Assembly: GCA_012295275.1 (NCBI GenBank)
Contig: CM022668.1
Location: 1,798,001 to 1,862,000 of the forward strand
DNA: 64,000 nucleotides
Origin: Chrysomallon squamiferum
Taxonomy: Eukaryota; Animalia; Mollusca
Reading direction: 5' to 3'
Below, piece after piece: positions 22,085-38,316 of the stretch. The position numbers and the translations under genes are program-made. Below the pieces are notes generated by a model. That model was not told where the DNA came from and made no database searches. It was given only the letters and a program-made list of their open reading frames with translations. Numbering within the stretch: position 1 is the first letter of the stretch; every line of letters begins with the position of its first letter.

Positions 22085-22387
22085 TATTTTATTATTTATT
22101 TATTTATTTATTTATTTTTTTTTTTTTTTTTTTTCGATCTTTGCCAGCTGAGACGTGGTAGTTGTTGTGGTAGTTGTAATTTATGATAAAGTTAATCGTG
22201 CACAAAATACAGCATCGCGTGAGCTGCAGCTTTAAATCATAATTTTACACTTCAGGATAACTGACAAAAAAGTGTTATTGCGTCAGTCACATAATTTTGT
22301 CATTTGCTTTTAACACGGAAAAAATGGTTAAAGAAAAAAGAGAAAGAAAAACTAATCACACATCAAAAATGTAAAACTTGGTTATAA

Positions 22388-22479
<92 letters not shown>

Positions 22480-22950
22480 GTAACTTGTAGTAATTTATTT
22501 TATATTGATTTTCTCTATGTACTATGTATTCAATTTATTTTTTTATTTATTTTAATTTTCTTGTGGTAAAAATAAAACTTAAGAAAAAATAAGATTTTTT
22601 TTTCTTTTTATTATTATTATTTTTTTCTTTCTAGAATTCATTGCAAATGTGATTTTTCTGTATAAACAATTCTCAAATGTGCCAGGTTTTATTATTTTTT
22701 AATACGGTTATAACTGGTAATCTTCTGCTGAAGCTGATGCTGCTAAAGAAATGGCAAATGGTGAAACGTAACGTATCGAATTACTGCAGAGAAAACACTG
22801 ACAGTAAATTAATAAATAAAAAAATAAAAATATCTTATTGGTAATAAATCTAATTCTAAATACATGAGTGGAGATCACTTTATTTTATTTTATTTTTTTA
22901 TTGTTGAACTTGTTTCACCAACAGCAAAAGTTAACATCATTACAAACATT

Positions 22951-22983
<33 letters not shown>

Positions 22984-23352
22984 TTCATCGTTATTATTAT
23001 TGTTATTGTTATTATTATTATTATTATGATTATTATTATTAATTATTATTATTATTATTATTATCAAAAACGTATATTTTAGTGTTTTGATTTGTCTACG
23101 TCTATTTCTAATACAAATTCCTAAGCGATGTTTTCATTGTTATTTTTAACGATTTAAACCTTTCAGAGATAAAGCCCCTTTAATTTGTCAAATTTTGTAA
23201 TTCTACGTTAACATTTTTTGTTTCATTATTTCAGAGAAATATAATACAAATTGTACTGAATGTCATATATCAGCAAGAGAAGAAAAAAATAAAAATAAAC
23301 AAATGATTACCATCAGCTTTTTGTTTCTTTTATGATTATGATTATAATAAAG

Positions 23353-23405
<53 letters not shown>

Positions 23406-23689
23406 GTCGTTGTTGTTGTTGACGTTGTTGCTGTGGTTGCTGTTATTGTTAATATAGCTGTTAGAATTACTTCTGACTGATGTACTTGCTAAGTCAGACA
23501 TGACAAGAATAATAAACTAAATTATAACATAAAACTTATTTTATTGTCGTGATTCGACCAGCGACAATTTTTGAAAGTATAAACCTTCCTGATACGGGTC
23601 AGTAGACACTGTGAGTCAGTAACTGTTCGCATCAGTGATTTTATTATGTAAAACTGTATAACATGTTCTCAGTATCTTACTATGAGTGA

Positions 23690-24072
23690 CATATCTTTTC
23701 TGAAATCCGTTAGGAATATACTGTCCGAAAATGTTCTATAGGTGTTGTCTGAATTCAATTATAAATATACAGTTTTAAATCCGTTATATGCATCTAGTCT
23801 GAAATCAGTATATCTAGATGATCTGAAATCTATATGTACAGTCTTGAATCAGTTTAATTTGTATTTTCTAAAATCATTTATGTGTATTCTCTGAAATCAG
23901 TTTTAAATTGTCTGAACTCACTTAAAGGTTTGTTGTCTGAATCACTGACATGTATATTGGCTGAACTCAGTTATATATGAATTGTTAGAAATCAGTTCTT
24001 TATATACTGCCTGAAATCAATTACGTTTGTACTGTCTGAAATCAGATATCTGTATTTTGTCTGAAATCAGTA
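23690..24072. repeat. Degenerate tandem repeat of about 27 bp
   Basis: Recurrent tctgaaatcagtt. Confidence 0.75.
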
Positions 24073-25769
24073 GGCAGTCAGTTAATACAACACTGTGCGT
24101 GAGTATATCGCTGTTTGGATATAAAAACTAAAGTATTTTATTATTAAAACTTTATCAGTCTGGTCAGCAGGGTTAGCAGTCGTTATGTCTGAATGTGTGA
24201 ATACAGTGAAAGATTTCACCAGATTACAACAATTAATCACTCAAGTAGAATCTCAGCCACGATTCACCAGACTCTCGCTTCAGTGCAAAGACTTAAAATC
24301 TCAGTATTGGTTGCATGGACACTAAGCTAGCCCAGACTCTGTTACTAATATGTATCTGTTTGTGTACGTGTTTATGTATCTGTGTGTCATATACTGATAC
24401 AAAAATACCTTTAATACTCATTACTCAACGTAAATATTTGCTACGAAAATCAAATTGATGAAAATAATAATAATAATAATAACAATAATAATAATGACGT
24501 TGTAGCAGATACAACGTTGTAAACAGATAGCAAACTATTCTGAAAACAATACATGACAGATATGAGATCATTAGAAACATATCGCATATACTATATTGTG
24601 TAATAAGAGGGGACTTTCAGTGATATATCATATATCAACACATATATCAAACTACACAGAAAAGTGTCAATGAATATATATAATAATCAACACATATACC
24701 ACATTGTATAGGGAACTATCATTATTACATATTATCATATATCATCATACTGTACAAAGAACAATCAATGACACATATAAAAACATATATAGTTATATAG
24801 AGTAAACTATCAGTTTGGTTTTATATATCAACAGATTTAGCATTTCTACAAATTAGTTATTTATCACCTATTTTACATCACACTGTATTGTAAACTGTCA
24901 GTAACACATCATACGTAAACTCGCATATCACCCAATACAGTGAACAGTCAATGAGATATCAGGATATGACTGTCCAGAAAAACTGTCAAAGAGATATCCT
25001 GTAATTTCATGTTCAGAAAGCTGCATGTAATATCAATACGTACAGAAGTTAATATCAGTTATATATCATCTACATATACCTATATTACTCTGCAGAAAAC
25101 AACGACGACAACAAAACGACAACAACAAAATGACAACAAGAATTCAAAACAAAACCAAAACAAAAAAATTTAAAAAATAGGAATAAAAGTGTCAGAAGGT
25201 TATCAAATACCAGTTTATTTGTGTATGTGTATTATACTTTTTATGCAAACAAAAACAGGCGATGTCGGTTGATCTGTTAACGTATTAAAATTTAGCCTGT
25301 GACTTTGAATGGCTGAAGAAATTTGTTATCGCTGTTGTACGCCTGACAAGTCAGCAAAGTGTCTCGAGGGATAAAATCAGGGTCGTCACTACACTGTACA
25401 CTTGATGGATGGACGTCATTACACCCGGCAGATAGACGGAGGCCTGCGCCGGAAAGGTTATTATTTTCTGAAGTTTCTCACTGTAGAAAAAGAAATCATT
25501 GTGATCTTGTCAAGTCTAAAGAAAACGTGAGTGAAGAAAAAATCAAATATGAAGTCTGATCTGAGCTAATTCAAGACTACTCCTTTAAAACGCCTGGACG
25601 TGAGACTGTTGTAGTTGTTACTGTGTTTGCTGATGAACAAAATGGAACCTGAAATCATTTGTTTAGATTGATATCTTAAAATAACGAACTCCTGTATAAA
25701 CGACGTTGGTGTGTTTATGTTTCTGATTGATTCTGTACCATGTTTTAGAGCAAATATGTGTGGATATAA

Positions 25770-26870
25770 ATGTGTGTATATGTTTATATTTTTCTGTGTA
25801 TCACTGAATATGTTTTTTGTGTGTGTATGTGTATGTTTATATATGTATGCCTGTTTGTTTCGTTTATCTGTATTTCACTGTATATATTTTGTGTGTGTAT
25901 CTGTGTGTTTATGTATGTACGTCGGTATGTTTTTATATCTGTATAATCACTGTATATGTTTTTTGTGTGTATATGTTATGTATCTACGTCTGTATGTTTT
26001 TCTATCTGTATCTGTATAATCACTGTATATGTTTTGTGTGTGTATGTTTATGTATCTACAGTTGTATGTTTTGTATATCTGTGTGTCACTGTATATGTTT
26101 TGTTTGTGTATGTGTATGTTTATGTATCTATGGTTGTATGTTTTGTATATCTGTGTATCACTGTATATGTTTTGTTTGTGTACGTGTATGTTTATGTATC
26201 TATGGTTGTATGTTTTGTATATCTGTATATCTGTGTGTATCATGTATCTGGTATATGTTTTGTTTCTGTGTTTGTATATGTTTTGTTTGTGTATGTTTAT
26301 GTTTATGTATCTACGTTTGTATGTTTTGTATATCTGTGTATCACTGTATATGTTTTGTTTGTGTTTGTGTATGTTTATGTATCTACGTCTGTATATTTTG
26401 TATATCTGTGTGTCACTGTATATGTTTTTTTGTGTATGTGTATGTTTTGTATATCTGTTTATGTATCTGTTTCTGTGTATGTTTTGTAAATTTTGTATAT
26501 CTGTGTCACTGTATATGTTTTTTTTGTTTGTGTTTTTATGTATCTATGGTTGTATGTTTATATCTGTATCTACGTCTGTATTGTTTTGTATATCTATGGT
26601 TGTATGTTTTTGTATATCTGTGTATCACTGTATATGTTTTGTTTGTGTATGTTTATGTATCTACACTCTGTTTGTGTGTGTGTATGTTTTCTACAGTTGT
26701 ATATATCTGTGTATCACTGTATATGTTTTGTTTGTGTGTGTGTATGTGTATGTTTATGTATCTATGGTTGTATGTTTTGTATATCTGTGTATCACTGTAT
26801 ATGTTTTGTTTGTGTATGTGTATGTTTATGTATCTATGGTTGTATGTTTTGTATATCTGTGTATCACTGT
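25770..26870. repeat. 72-bp TG-rich minisatellite
   Basis: Unit gtatatctgtgtatcactgtatatgttttgtttgtgtatgtgtatgtttatgtatctatggttgtatgtttt; accounts for the long C/V/Y-rich ORFs. Confidence 0.92.
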
Positions 26871-27165
26871 AGCGCTGTGATAGATATAGATCAGTCAACA
26901 GATCTGTTTCTGTCACGTCTGTTTGGTTTCTCTCCTCCAAGGATTAAACCGATTTGTAACATGATGTCCACCGTGTGATACGTGAATATATCACACGTCT
27001 ACTTATACACTAATTTAACGTATAATGACGTACATGTTTAATTAATTATACAGTATATTTAGAAGATAATATCTAAATATGAAATTTGATAAGTTTCTAA
27101 AATGTGGTTTGAGAAAATGTGATAATAGGGTTTGCTGCTTGAGTAAATATGCATAGTATGTGTGT

Positions 27166-27202
<37 letters not shown>

Positions 27203-27677
27203 TTCTGCTTTTCTTAGTGTGTAGTTTATCTCAAACTGTTTCTAGCATGTATATCAGTTCTGTCGGTAGGTGTGTGTCAGTATATTTATGTGTTTGTACG
27301 TCTGTATGTATGTATGATTATCTCTGTGTGAAGATATGACTCTGTTTATATCCGTGAGAGCATATCTATGTACGAGTATGTGCATAAGTATTTGTCTGCT
27401 TACAGGTGTGCGGGAATAAGTCTGTGATTAAGTTTATGTCTGTGTTAATATGCTGTGCTTGAATGTATCTGAGTGAGTATATTTTTGTGTATGTCTGTGT
27501 TGAGTGTGTCTGTATATGAGTATATCTGCATGAGCCTATATCTCTGTGTGAGTATATCTACTGTGTGAGTATATCTATGTATGACTGTTTTGTGTGTTTG
27601 TAAATCCGTGTGTGTTTGTGTTTGTCATGAATGAATGCATATGTATGTAAGTTTGTCTGTGTACATATGTGTATCTA

Positions 27678-28695
27678 AGAGAATGTCTTTGTAAATGTTT
27701 GTGTATGAGAGTAACTCTATATGTAAGAATGTCTTTGTAAATGCCTGTATATGAGAGTAACTCTATATGTAAGAATGTATTTGTAAATGCCTGTATATGA
27801 GAGTAACTCTATATGTAAGAATGTCTTTGTAAATGCCTGTATATGCCTGTATATGAGAGAATATGTATGTAAGAATGTAAATGTTTGTGTATGAGAGAGT
27901 AACTCTATATGTAAGAATGTCTTTGTAAATGCTGTATATGTAACTCTATATGAATGTCTTTGTAAATGCCTGTATGAATGTGTAAATGTAACTCTATATG
28001 TAAGAATGTCTTTGTAAATGCCTGTATATGAGAGTAACTCTATATGTAAGAATGTCTTTGTAAATGCCTGTATATGAGAGTAACTCTATATGTAAGAATG
28101 TATTTGTAAATGCCTGTATATGAGAGTAACTCTATATGTAAGAATGTCTTTGTAAATGCCTGTATATGAGAGTAACTCTATATGTAAGAATGTCTTTGTA
28201 AATGCCTATATGTAAGAATGTCTTTGTAAATGTTTGTATAGAGTAACTGAGAATGTAACTGTATATGATAGTAACTCTATATGTAAGAATGTCTTTGTAA
28301 ATGCCTGTATATGAGAGTAACTCTATATGTAAGAATGTCTTTGTAAATGCCTGTATATGAGAGTAACTCTATATGTAAGAATGTCTTTGTAAATGCCTGT
28401 ATATGTGAGAATGTCTTTGTAAATGCCTGTGTATGAGAGTAACTCTATATGTAAGAATGTCTTTGTAAATGCCTGTATATGAGAGTAACTCTATATGTAA
28501 GAATGTCTTTGTAAATGCCTGTATATGAGAGTAACTCTATATGTAAGAATGTCTTTGTAAATGCCTGTGTATGAGAGTAACTCTATATGTAAGAATGTCT
28601 TTGTAAATGCCTGTATATGAGAGTAACTCTATATGTAAGAATGTATTTGTAAATGTTTGTGTATGAGAGTAACTCTATATGTAAGAATGTCTTTG
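27678..28695. repeat. 46-bp minisatellite
   Basis: Unit gtaagaatgtctttgtaaatgcctgtatatgagagtaactctatat, highly homogeneous. Confidence 0.96.
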
Positions 28696-31600
28696 TGCAA
28701 GCAAATCTCTGGGTGAATTTATCTTCCATTATCCAGTATTTGTGTGTTATTTTTAAATGTAAGGTTACAGACTCTAAGACAAAACTCTTTAAGTGTAAAA
28801 GCTCAAACAAAGCTGTTTTTCTGCACAGATCGGGTTTGTGACAAATCGATATTTATGAAGAAATAATGTGAAACTGGCAGTGAGTTATTTCGTCTATCGA
28901 CTTACCGAGAGACGGAAACGATTTAATCGGCAGAAGTCTGGAAAGAGAAACACATGATGAATACACATCACTTCGCAAAACCATCAACCACTGTAACTGT
29001 CTTTAATTACACGCTTTTTTTTTTACAAATTGTCTACAAAAAACATGTTTTTTCCTTCCTTCTTATTACTTTTCTTAATCCCAGCAAATCTTTGTCTCTC
29101 TCTTTTTTCATTCTTTTTTTCATTTTTATTTATGATCATTATTATTTTCTTATTTCATGATATAGTGTTTAAAGCTGCATGTCTAATCTTCGCATTTATC
29201 TAATAATTTTCTTAAAGTGTTCGTGACTGAGTACATATTATATTTTATTTCTGTAAGATCATATTTCAATAATAGACTACTAAGTATCTTAAAGAATGCA
29301 TGTCTAAATGCCTATATTTTATTTCTGTAAGACGTATTTCAGTAACAATGAAGAATGATAAAATGTCAAATGGATTTGATATCTCTTTACTGACATAAAC
29401 TGGTTTGTGATTGTTATTGTAGTTGTTGCTGATGACGATGATTATAATGTTGTGGGTGGTAATATATTTGATATGTGCTTATTGTCTGGAATTTCTATCA
29501 CAACAAAGTAATTTATGAAATAAATGGCATGTACTAGTGGACTGAAAAATCTAATAAAGAAAAGTGAATATGTTGATGTTTACTGAAGGAAAAGAATATT
29601 CACATAGAATAAAATGTACGGCAAAATATCACAGCTATAACAATACAAATGCTTTACAGCACGAAATGACGTCAGTATAATAGAAATGTCACTTTCGTAA
29701 TACAGAGTATGATCAACTGATAAAAATATCAGATCTATCAATTTAGAATGATATGAGAATAATATGAAATTTTGTGCTACACCTCACAATCAAATCAATA
29801 CGATGTTGATAATAGGACATCTTACAATAATATCGTATAATATATAATACATAATAAAATATCGTTCATATGTCAAAAATGCATTAAAAATATATAAATC
29901 TGTTAAATTTTCATAGAAAGACAAATCAGATAACCCAATATTTTAATGTATAAGAACAAGAGCAGAGTTATGTCCCTTCCAACTATGTCATCTAATATAA
30001 TCTTAAAATGTATATTTGAAAGTAACTTTTGTAAACAAAGTGAAGAGAACTCGTGTGTTTGTTTGAAGGTTGGTTAGCTTCATTGTCTGTTTCTTTATTG
30101 TTGTTGTTGATTTTGTTGTTTTAATGGGGGTTTTTTTTTCTAATTCAATCTTGGTTAATCTTTCTTGTAACTTTCTTGTGACAATGATGATAATGGTATT
30201 AACAGAAGAGGATGATTATAATGATGATAACACGAACGATAGCGATATTAATGATCTGGTATATAAACATTTTAAAAATATTATTTATCTTACAAATTTA
30301 ACAAAACTGAATTTACTTCAATATATATACATTTAGCATATATTTAATACTAGTTTTTTTTTTTTTTTTTTTTCTAAAACTGAATATTTAGTATCTTGTA
30401 ACAGATGTATATTAATATAAACATTTTATGGATATGTATGTATGTACGTTTGTGTATATACACACACACACACATATATATTTACAAACATTATATACAT
30501 GTACATGCACACATTTATCTTATAATAAAACATTTTTAATACATGTATAACATAAACATATGAAAAACACATTACGGTATTCATCATATTGTAGTCATCA
30601 TGTCAAACATACCATAACATTGAATCTCCTAGATTCAAACTGAAATTTTCACTATGTAATTATTCAAATGCTTCATATAGAAAAGGTACCTTTTATGACG
30701 TTATTTGTATCAGTACTGAAAGATTATTTAAATCGAACAAATGATAACAAATGTCACATAACAAATAAGCAACGAAATTAATTGCATTAAATATCTACAA
30801 AATTAAATTAAAGGAACAGCTAATGAATGACGTCACAACCATCTAATATTATGACTCACATATACACCATTGATTAATTATGTCACTATAACATTAACCT
30901 ACTTCTGGTTGTTTTTATAACTCAAAGAAAATACAAAAAAACGTGCGTTTTACAAACGAAACTTTATTTACGAATAACTGAAATAACAAACACTTTAAAA
31001 CAAACTAAATTGGAAGTTTGCTTCATGATTTTAATTTTTTTTAAATAATAATAATAAATTCATGTGTGCACAATTAAAAGGATAGCTGATTATGCCCTAT
31101 GAAGAATGCTTAATTCAACATTTATTGCATTCTGCTGTATTCGCATACTAAACGCTTAAACATTTAAATAAGCAATAATTATACAAATTAAAGTAGAAGT
31201 ATAAATAACAATATAATAATGTTAAAACATTATCACAATATTCATAAAAATAAAACTTTATTTAACATTGATTAATGATATAATGTTTCTATGACAACAC
31301 TGAGCATAATGATAACGTGATTAATAATGTAATGTTTTTATGGCAATATATACTAGTGAAATATATATATATATATAAAAAATGTAATTAAAACAATCTG
31401 ACAGGTTCTCGAGATCTGCTGGAATCTGTTACTTGCAGTGTGGTTATTTCAGACGTGTTTTACTTGGTTTCCCTGCTGTAACGGGACAGCTGATCTCTGC
31501 CGATAGCTTGGAATGGATGAGAAAAGTAATCGGATAACCTCTTTTGTGAACACAGGAATCTCAGGCCAATATTATTACAGATTTTTCAGTTCAGTTGTTT

Positions 31601-32705
31601 ATTGACTCAGACAATAAGTTTCAAGTAATTTAAAAAACAACTTGTACAGCACACAAGCTTACAACTGTTTTCTCGTTTATCTAATCAGCCACAAACACAT
31701 TTTGTTGTGTCCTTTGTTATTCTTTTTTGTTGTCTATTTTGTTCCTTTTTTCGTCTGTTATCTTTATTATTATTATTATTATTATTAGTCTTTTACATTT
31801 CTATATAAGAAAAAAAAAAAGTCATAAATAAAAACTTAGCCTCAATGTATTTTCACATACTGTTGTTTTCTTGTTTTTCGTTTTTTTTTTTTTTTTTATT
31901 ATTTATCTTTTATTTCTGACTTTTCTTTTATATTTCACTTTTTTTGTTATCAATACCATTTGAAAGTACACAGCAACAGAATTATACAAATTTATCCAAT
32001 TTATTTTAGTAATTTAACAAAGTCATGAAAACAATATAATGATACCAATAACTAAAATACTGACATCATGTTCAAACATCAGTTTATTAGTATGTGCTCT
32101 TGGTGTGAACTTATACATTGAGCTCAGTTTGAACTAAACTTGTTTTCAGTTGAAAAGGATACTTATAGCTACAGTTTACTTTATGACATCAGAATACATT
32201 CAGTTGATATAGATACTACATTTTCTGTATAAAAAGAACCATTTCAGTTTATGTGGAGTAAGAAAACTTCAGATTTAATTATCAAGTGATTCGGTTAAGT
32301 TGAACACTGTTAAATTATGTTTATAGTCACAACACTGATACCACTTAACACAGATGAATAAGATGTCAGATAAAAGAATATTAGCGTTAACAGTTTGTAA
32401 GTTTAGCTGATGTAAACACAGTTCACCCTCAGCTGATGTCACCCCTACAACGACGACAAAAAAAAAAATCAATAAATCAATAAACAATAAATAAATAACA
32501 AACGTAAGACAGACTGATAGATAAAGCAATAAATAATTTAAATAATAACAATAACAATAATAATAATAAAAATACAAAATCAACAATACTACTACTACTA
32601 CTACTACTAATATTGCTACTGCTACTACTACTACTACTAATAATAATAATAATAGCAGTAATAAGAAAGAAAGAAAAGTGTATGACTCAAATGATGATTT
32701 ACCAC

Positions 32706-32763
<58 letters not shown>

Positions 32764-33544
32764 AGAAAGAAAGAAAAAAGAAAAGTGTGTGACTCAGTGA
32801 AGGTTTGCCAGACAATGTGTCAACACGACGTGTTTTACTGCGTTGCTTTGTTGTTGACATGTTTCTGCCGGACTTGAAACAGTGAAGGAACATTTTGTTG
32901 GATTCTGTCAGAAGTGTATAAGACATGAGTGAAGACTGTAACAAAACGACGTTCTTGTTTAAAGTACTTGCAACACAAAGCGAATCACGATTAAAGTTTT
33001 GCTGATACTAGTCGTGGCCAGGTCAAAGCAATCTCGGCAATGTTCGTGAAAAAGCGAGATTCTCGTGAGCAAAGAAATATAAACTAAGGTGTAAACAACA
33101 CCAAAGTTTCGTCAGTGAAGATCAGTAAAAAAAATTGCTGAGTAAAGAGTACTAGATTTTCCTGAGTGAAGATGCTAGATTTTCCTGAGTGAAGATAACT
33201 AGATTTTACTGAGTAATGATGCAAGATTATTTATTATTATATATATATTTTTTTTAGCTAAAATTACCAGGTTTTTGTACTAAAATAGCACACATTTTCG
33301 AAAGTAATTAAAATCAATTTACTTTTTTTCGGGTAAAGATCTAATCGTATTGAATAAGCAATTTCTTATGGGTAGGAAAGTTCAGATTAGAGAAAGCCTA
33401 ACTTGTTGGTTAAATTCGTGAGTAGTTAGAGAAAATACAATTAGAATTCAGATTTCATTTACCGAAAACAAAAACACATAACCTACAACAGATATGCAAC
33501 AGTGTGTAAAAATAATGACGTCATAAGCTGGGTTTCCCGAGAAA

Positions 33545-33801
33545 TTAAAATGAACTTGTGCCTGACAGTTTTGAGCTGGAAGTGACGTCACGACTGGGCC
33601 TAAATCCCATGTCAAAGGTTGATGACCTAGAGCGAATGTCTGTCTCTATGGTGTGATTTACTTCCGTTGAATGTGTCCATGACCTTGACATTGATCTCAT
33701 CTGCTTGCGACAACACACGCGACCGTTGAAGGCGAGATAGATCCACGGGTTGGTGCAGCTGTTCAGACTCGCCATCAACACAATGATGACCATCGCAGCG
33801 T
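33545..33801 (-). CDS. Vasopressin/oxytocin-type GPCR B, coding exon 2 (TM7 and C-tail); full protein about 421 aa
   Basis: gttgattttcag|AC; NAAMVIIVLMASLNSCTNPWIYLAFNGRVCCRKQMRSMSRS...SSSKLSGTSSF*; phase matches exon 1. Confidence 0.95.
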
Positions 33802-33914
33802 CTGAAAATCAACAACCAATAACGTTGTAACTTCACACCACAAAACATATCTTCTGAGAAAATAATCATTACTTTTCTTACAGATCAGCTATTGTGTTAC
33901 CCTTGATTTCAGTG

Positions 33915-33992
<78 letters not shown>

Positions 33993-34149
33993 GCAAGAAC
34001 AACAACAATAATAATTGCTGATGATGATGATGACGATTATAATATCCGAATCTTGGAGAAGATACTCAGTACAACAACAATTATTTTAATTAACAACAGC
34101 AACATAATCTCTAATAATTACAACAATTAATGGGGGTATATTAGAAGAG

Positions 34150-34752
34150 CGTCTTCCACTTAGCTAAAAACCTAACCAAATCAGTCTATTACAACAACAT
34201 TGGGTTTTGGCTAGGCGGGAGTTGGGTGGTATCGGATTAAATTTGGTCAGTCTGTTGTATTCGTGTTAAAGTCTGTATCAGTACCTCTGGATATCAGCGT
34301 TGTCCCTAAAGGGATGGCTAGTTTGCATGATTCTCGTGAGTATTGGATGATACATTGGGTGTAATGAAAAAAACACCTGTTTGGGTAATGGTACATCTAT
34401 TAGTAATAACAAAAGTTGGGTACACGAGTGACTTGATTACCTTTTAAACAGTACACACTCATCAACATCACTACCAGAGTACTGCTATCCACTGAGCTAT
34501 ACTCACTTAATATCAACACGGCCAATAGCCCTTAATATAAATGATAATTTTCCCTGAATTTTATTCTCTCATATACACTCATCAATATCACTACCAGAGT
34601 ACTGCTATCCACTGAGCTATAGTCACTTAATATAAAAAAACGGACCATAGCCCTTAATAGCAATTTACTATCAAAACATTTAACCCAGGTATCCCAACAT
34701 TATTTGGCTATGTCGGAGACAGATTTTTTAAGTTTTAGGCTAGGTGGGACTG
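34150..34752. mobile_element. Degenerate non-autonomous element (MITE-like) in the receptor B intron
   Basis: Imperfect inverted ends (ttccacttagctaaaaa / ttttaggctaggtggga), an internal direct repeat of about 95 bp at 120-bp offset, and higher GC than the flanks. Confidence 0.35.
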
Positions 34753-35250
34753 AACCATGAGAAGACCAATCACACAACGGTCTGTTAGCATATAAACAAA
34801 CACGGACACTCACTCTCTCTCACGCACACCTATGCACGCACACAGAAATACACCCACTACATAAAGCTATGTGAGTGCGTATATATACACTAATTCAACA
34901 CAGGGAACTGCACACTCATACAGATATACGTATTACATAGTCACCTGTGATTACGTACGTACATATATAAATATATACACATACATACACAAACACACAA
35001 AGAGGTATAAACAATCATATATATGCATAACAGAGACCTATCTGAGTATTTGTCATACTGATAAAATCTAAGTATTTAATATAACCCAGTTTAATTTCCA
35101 GTTTGAAAACACCTCTGAGATTTTCCTATGGAAATAGGTTTCTCGTCATTTTGCTAATTATTTATTTTCGTTCATCTATCTATCTATCTATCTATCTATT
35201 TGTCTATCTGTCTGTCTGTCTGTCTGTCTCTCTATCTGTCTATCTATCTG

Positions 35251-35323
<73 letters not shown>

Positions 35324-37351
35324 ATCTGTTAATTAATTAATTTGTTTGTTTGTTAATTTGATTATTATTTATTCTTAATATATTTATCTCAGTCAAGTAT
35401 GGTAATTTTAGCTTCGGGACATATAAGCCGGCTTTGAAATTTGGTCAAATTTAGCAACAGAACGTATTGGTATTGATTTATTAATGAAATAAGCAATTTG
35501 TTTCTCTCGCTTCATTTCTTGAGGCCAAGCATATCTCTTGATATAGCACGAGAATCTGGAAACTTTATAACAGTCACATCCATAGTCTGAGGTCACAGTT
35601 TGATATATAGCCTATAAAATTATAACACTTCCATTCTGTGACGTCATACAGTGATATAACAGCAGTATATATATGTGTGCTGTATCTTCCAGTCTTACGT
35701 CACATATCGTTATAACAGGTGATTATACAACGAACATGTAATGTCGTGGTTTTTTTATAGTGACGTCATAGTTTTTATAAACTTAATTCTGTCATTATAT
35801 GATAATTGTATAATGGTGGCTTGTATTCTTGCGCATGTATGTAGTATATAGGTGTGTCTTATGTGTGTGTATATATGTGTGTACACATATTTATTTACAC
35901 ACACACATATACACACACATATACACACATAGTATGTACGTAGGTAGGTATATCTATAAGTGTGGGTGTTTCTATAAGTTTATGTATGTAACACACCCGT
36001 GTGTATATATATATATATGTATGTGTGTATGTTTTATGTTTGTAACGTGTGTGTATGTATGTGTATGTGTATATATGTGTGTGTGTGTGTGTGTATTGTG
36101 TATATATATAATGTAAGTAGTTAGAAATGAGTATTCTAATGTCTTAATTACTTCTGTTAGACTCTGCACCCAGACACTATTTAGCTTTCCTTTTTATTCT
36201 CACAAACCCGGCAAACACTGAAATGTTTGGTTATTTCTGTTCTTTTTATTTAAGAATTTGTTTTTACTTTTACTATTATTATTTTTTTCTTTTTACTTTT
36301 TCCCTGTTAATGGAGTTTCCTGAAAAATCAGTAGAGTATAAAACACATTTGTCATGCTGAAGACGTGATGTAATAAAGCTGAGATTTCTTTTCTTGTTAA
36401 GTGTTTTTTATGAATACGTATTAGATTTGTCTCTCTGAAAGCAGACGAGAACATTTTCAACAAGCAAAACCTTTAAAACCACCACTCGCGCAGAAACCTC
36501 GCCACGACATCGTCATTCAACTACATTACGCTGCACCCATAAATCAAACCTATGCAGCTACAGCGTCCCCTCCCTAGATCACTTCACATCATACAAGCCG
36601 ACCTTTATAAATAACCACCACTTATATCCAGCCATTTAGTAATTTCCCAGGAGTGGCTGCTTCATGCAGGTTGAGAGAAACTTTCAAAAAGTTTTGTTTA
36701 ATAAACATGTGGGTGATTACATCATAAAAAAGAGTTACGAGAATTCATAGATTTCTTAATTTATTTTATTATTATTATTATTTTATTTTATTATTAATGA
36801 CTCTGCTTTTATTTATTTATTTGTTGATATATTCTTCTTATTCGTCTTCTATTTCTTCTTCTTCTTCTTTTTATTATTATTATTATTGGTTTACAATGTT
36901 CAGTTTATATCTACACGCATACAGAAATAGTTGATTTTAAGGTATTATTTGTTGCTGTTATTATTTTATATATATTGCTATCGGGTTGTTTTATTTATTT
37001 ATTTTATTTTATCACTGTTCCATAACTAAAGATGCGGAAAGTGTTTTAGTGTCTCGTCAGTAAATAAATTCAACAGGAAGTCATCTGTTGTGGAGAATAA
37101 TTTGTTATTTGTATATAAAATACACCAATCAGCGATAATCTCGTCTTATAAGAGCTTAGAGCGCCATTTACGTCACAATCGCGTCACAATAAAATAAAAT
37201 ATTGCGTCACTCTTGCGATTCCATCAACATTTTTCTTCTGTTTTTATGGTTTTCCAGTTTCTCGAGTCGACTTCTGAGAAATCAAACATAACTTATCTGA
37301 TTTGTTTTCCCGTACTTTTGTCTCCCGAGTAATCCGACTCTACAAATCATT

Positions 37352-37795
<444 letters not shown>

Positions 37796-38225
37796 CTGAA
37801 CCCGAGACTGAACTGAACAGAAATTGGAGAAATATTTTTATTGTATGACAGAATGTGTAATATAGATATAAAATATGCATGTAACATGATTACTCACGAT
37901 ACATACTGTGCCAATCTTCTCAATTTGAAATCACATTAATCAAGAAACGAGACAAATTTTAAAATGATTGTAATGTTAATGTGATTTGTCTCCAAGTATC
38001 GTCTGTATCTGAGCGGCGCGATTTTCCGAAGTCTAAATTTAGGAGAAAGTTTCTCTCATTACAGAGAATTACTCTGAATAATTAGCCTTAAATAGCTCTT
38101 TAAATGGTGTCATCTTCTGTTTTCTTAACTCACAAACTCATTCAAAGTTTCTCCAGATTTAACAGTAAAATAGTTATGTATACATACTCGTATACATAGA
38201 CATTGTCTGACTCTCAAACAAAAAC

Positions 38226-38316
<91 letters not shown>

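Noticed and set aside
25711-26978. Long C/V/Y/M-rich ORFs up to 351 aa
   Set aside because: They are translations of a stop-poor 72-bp TG-rich minisatellite, open in several frames.
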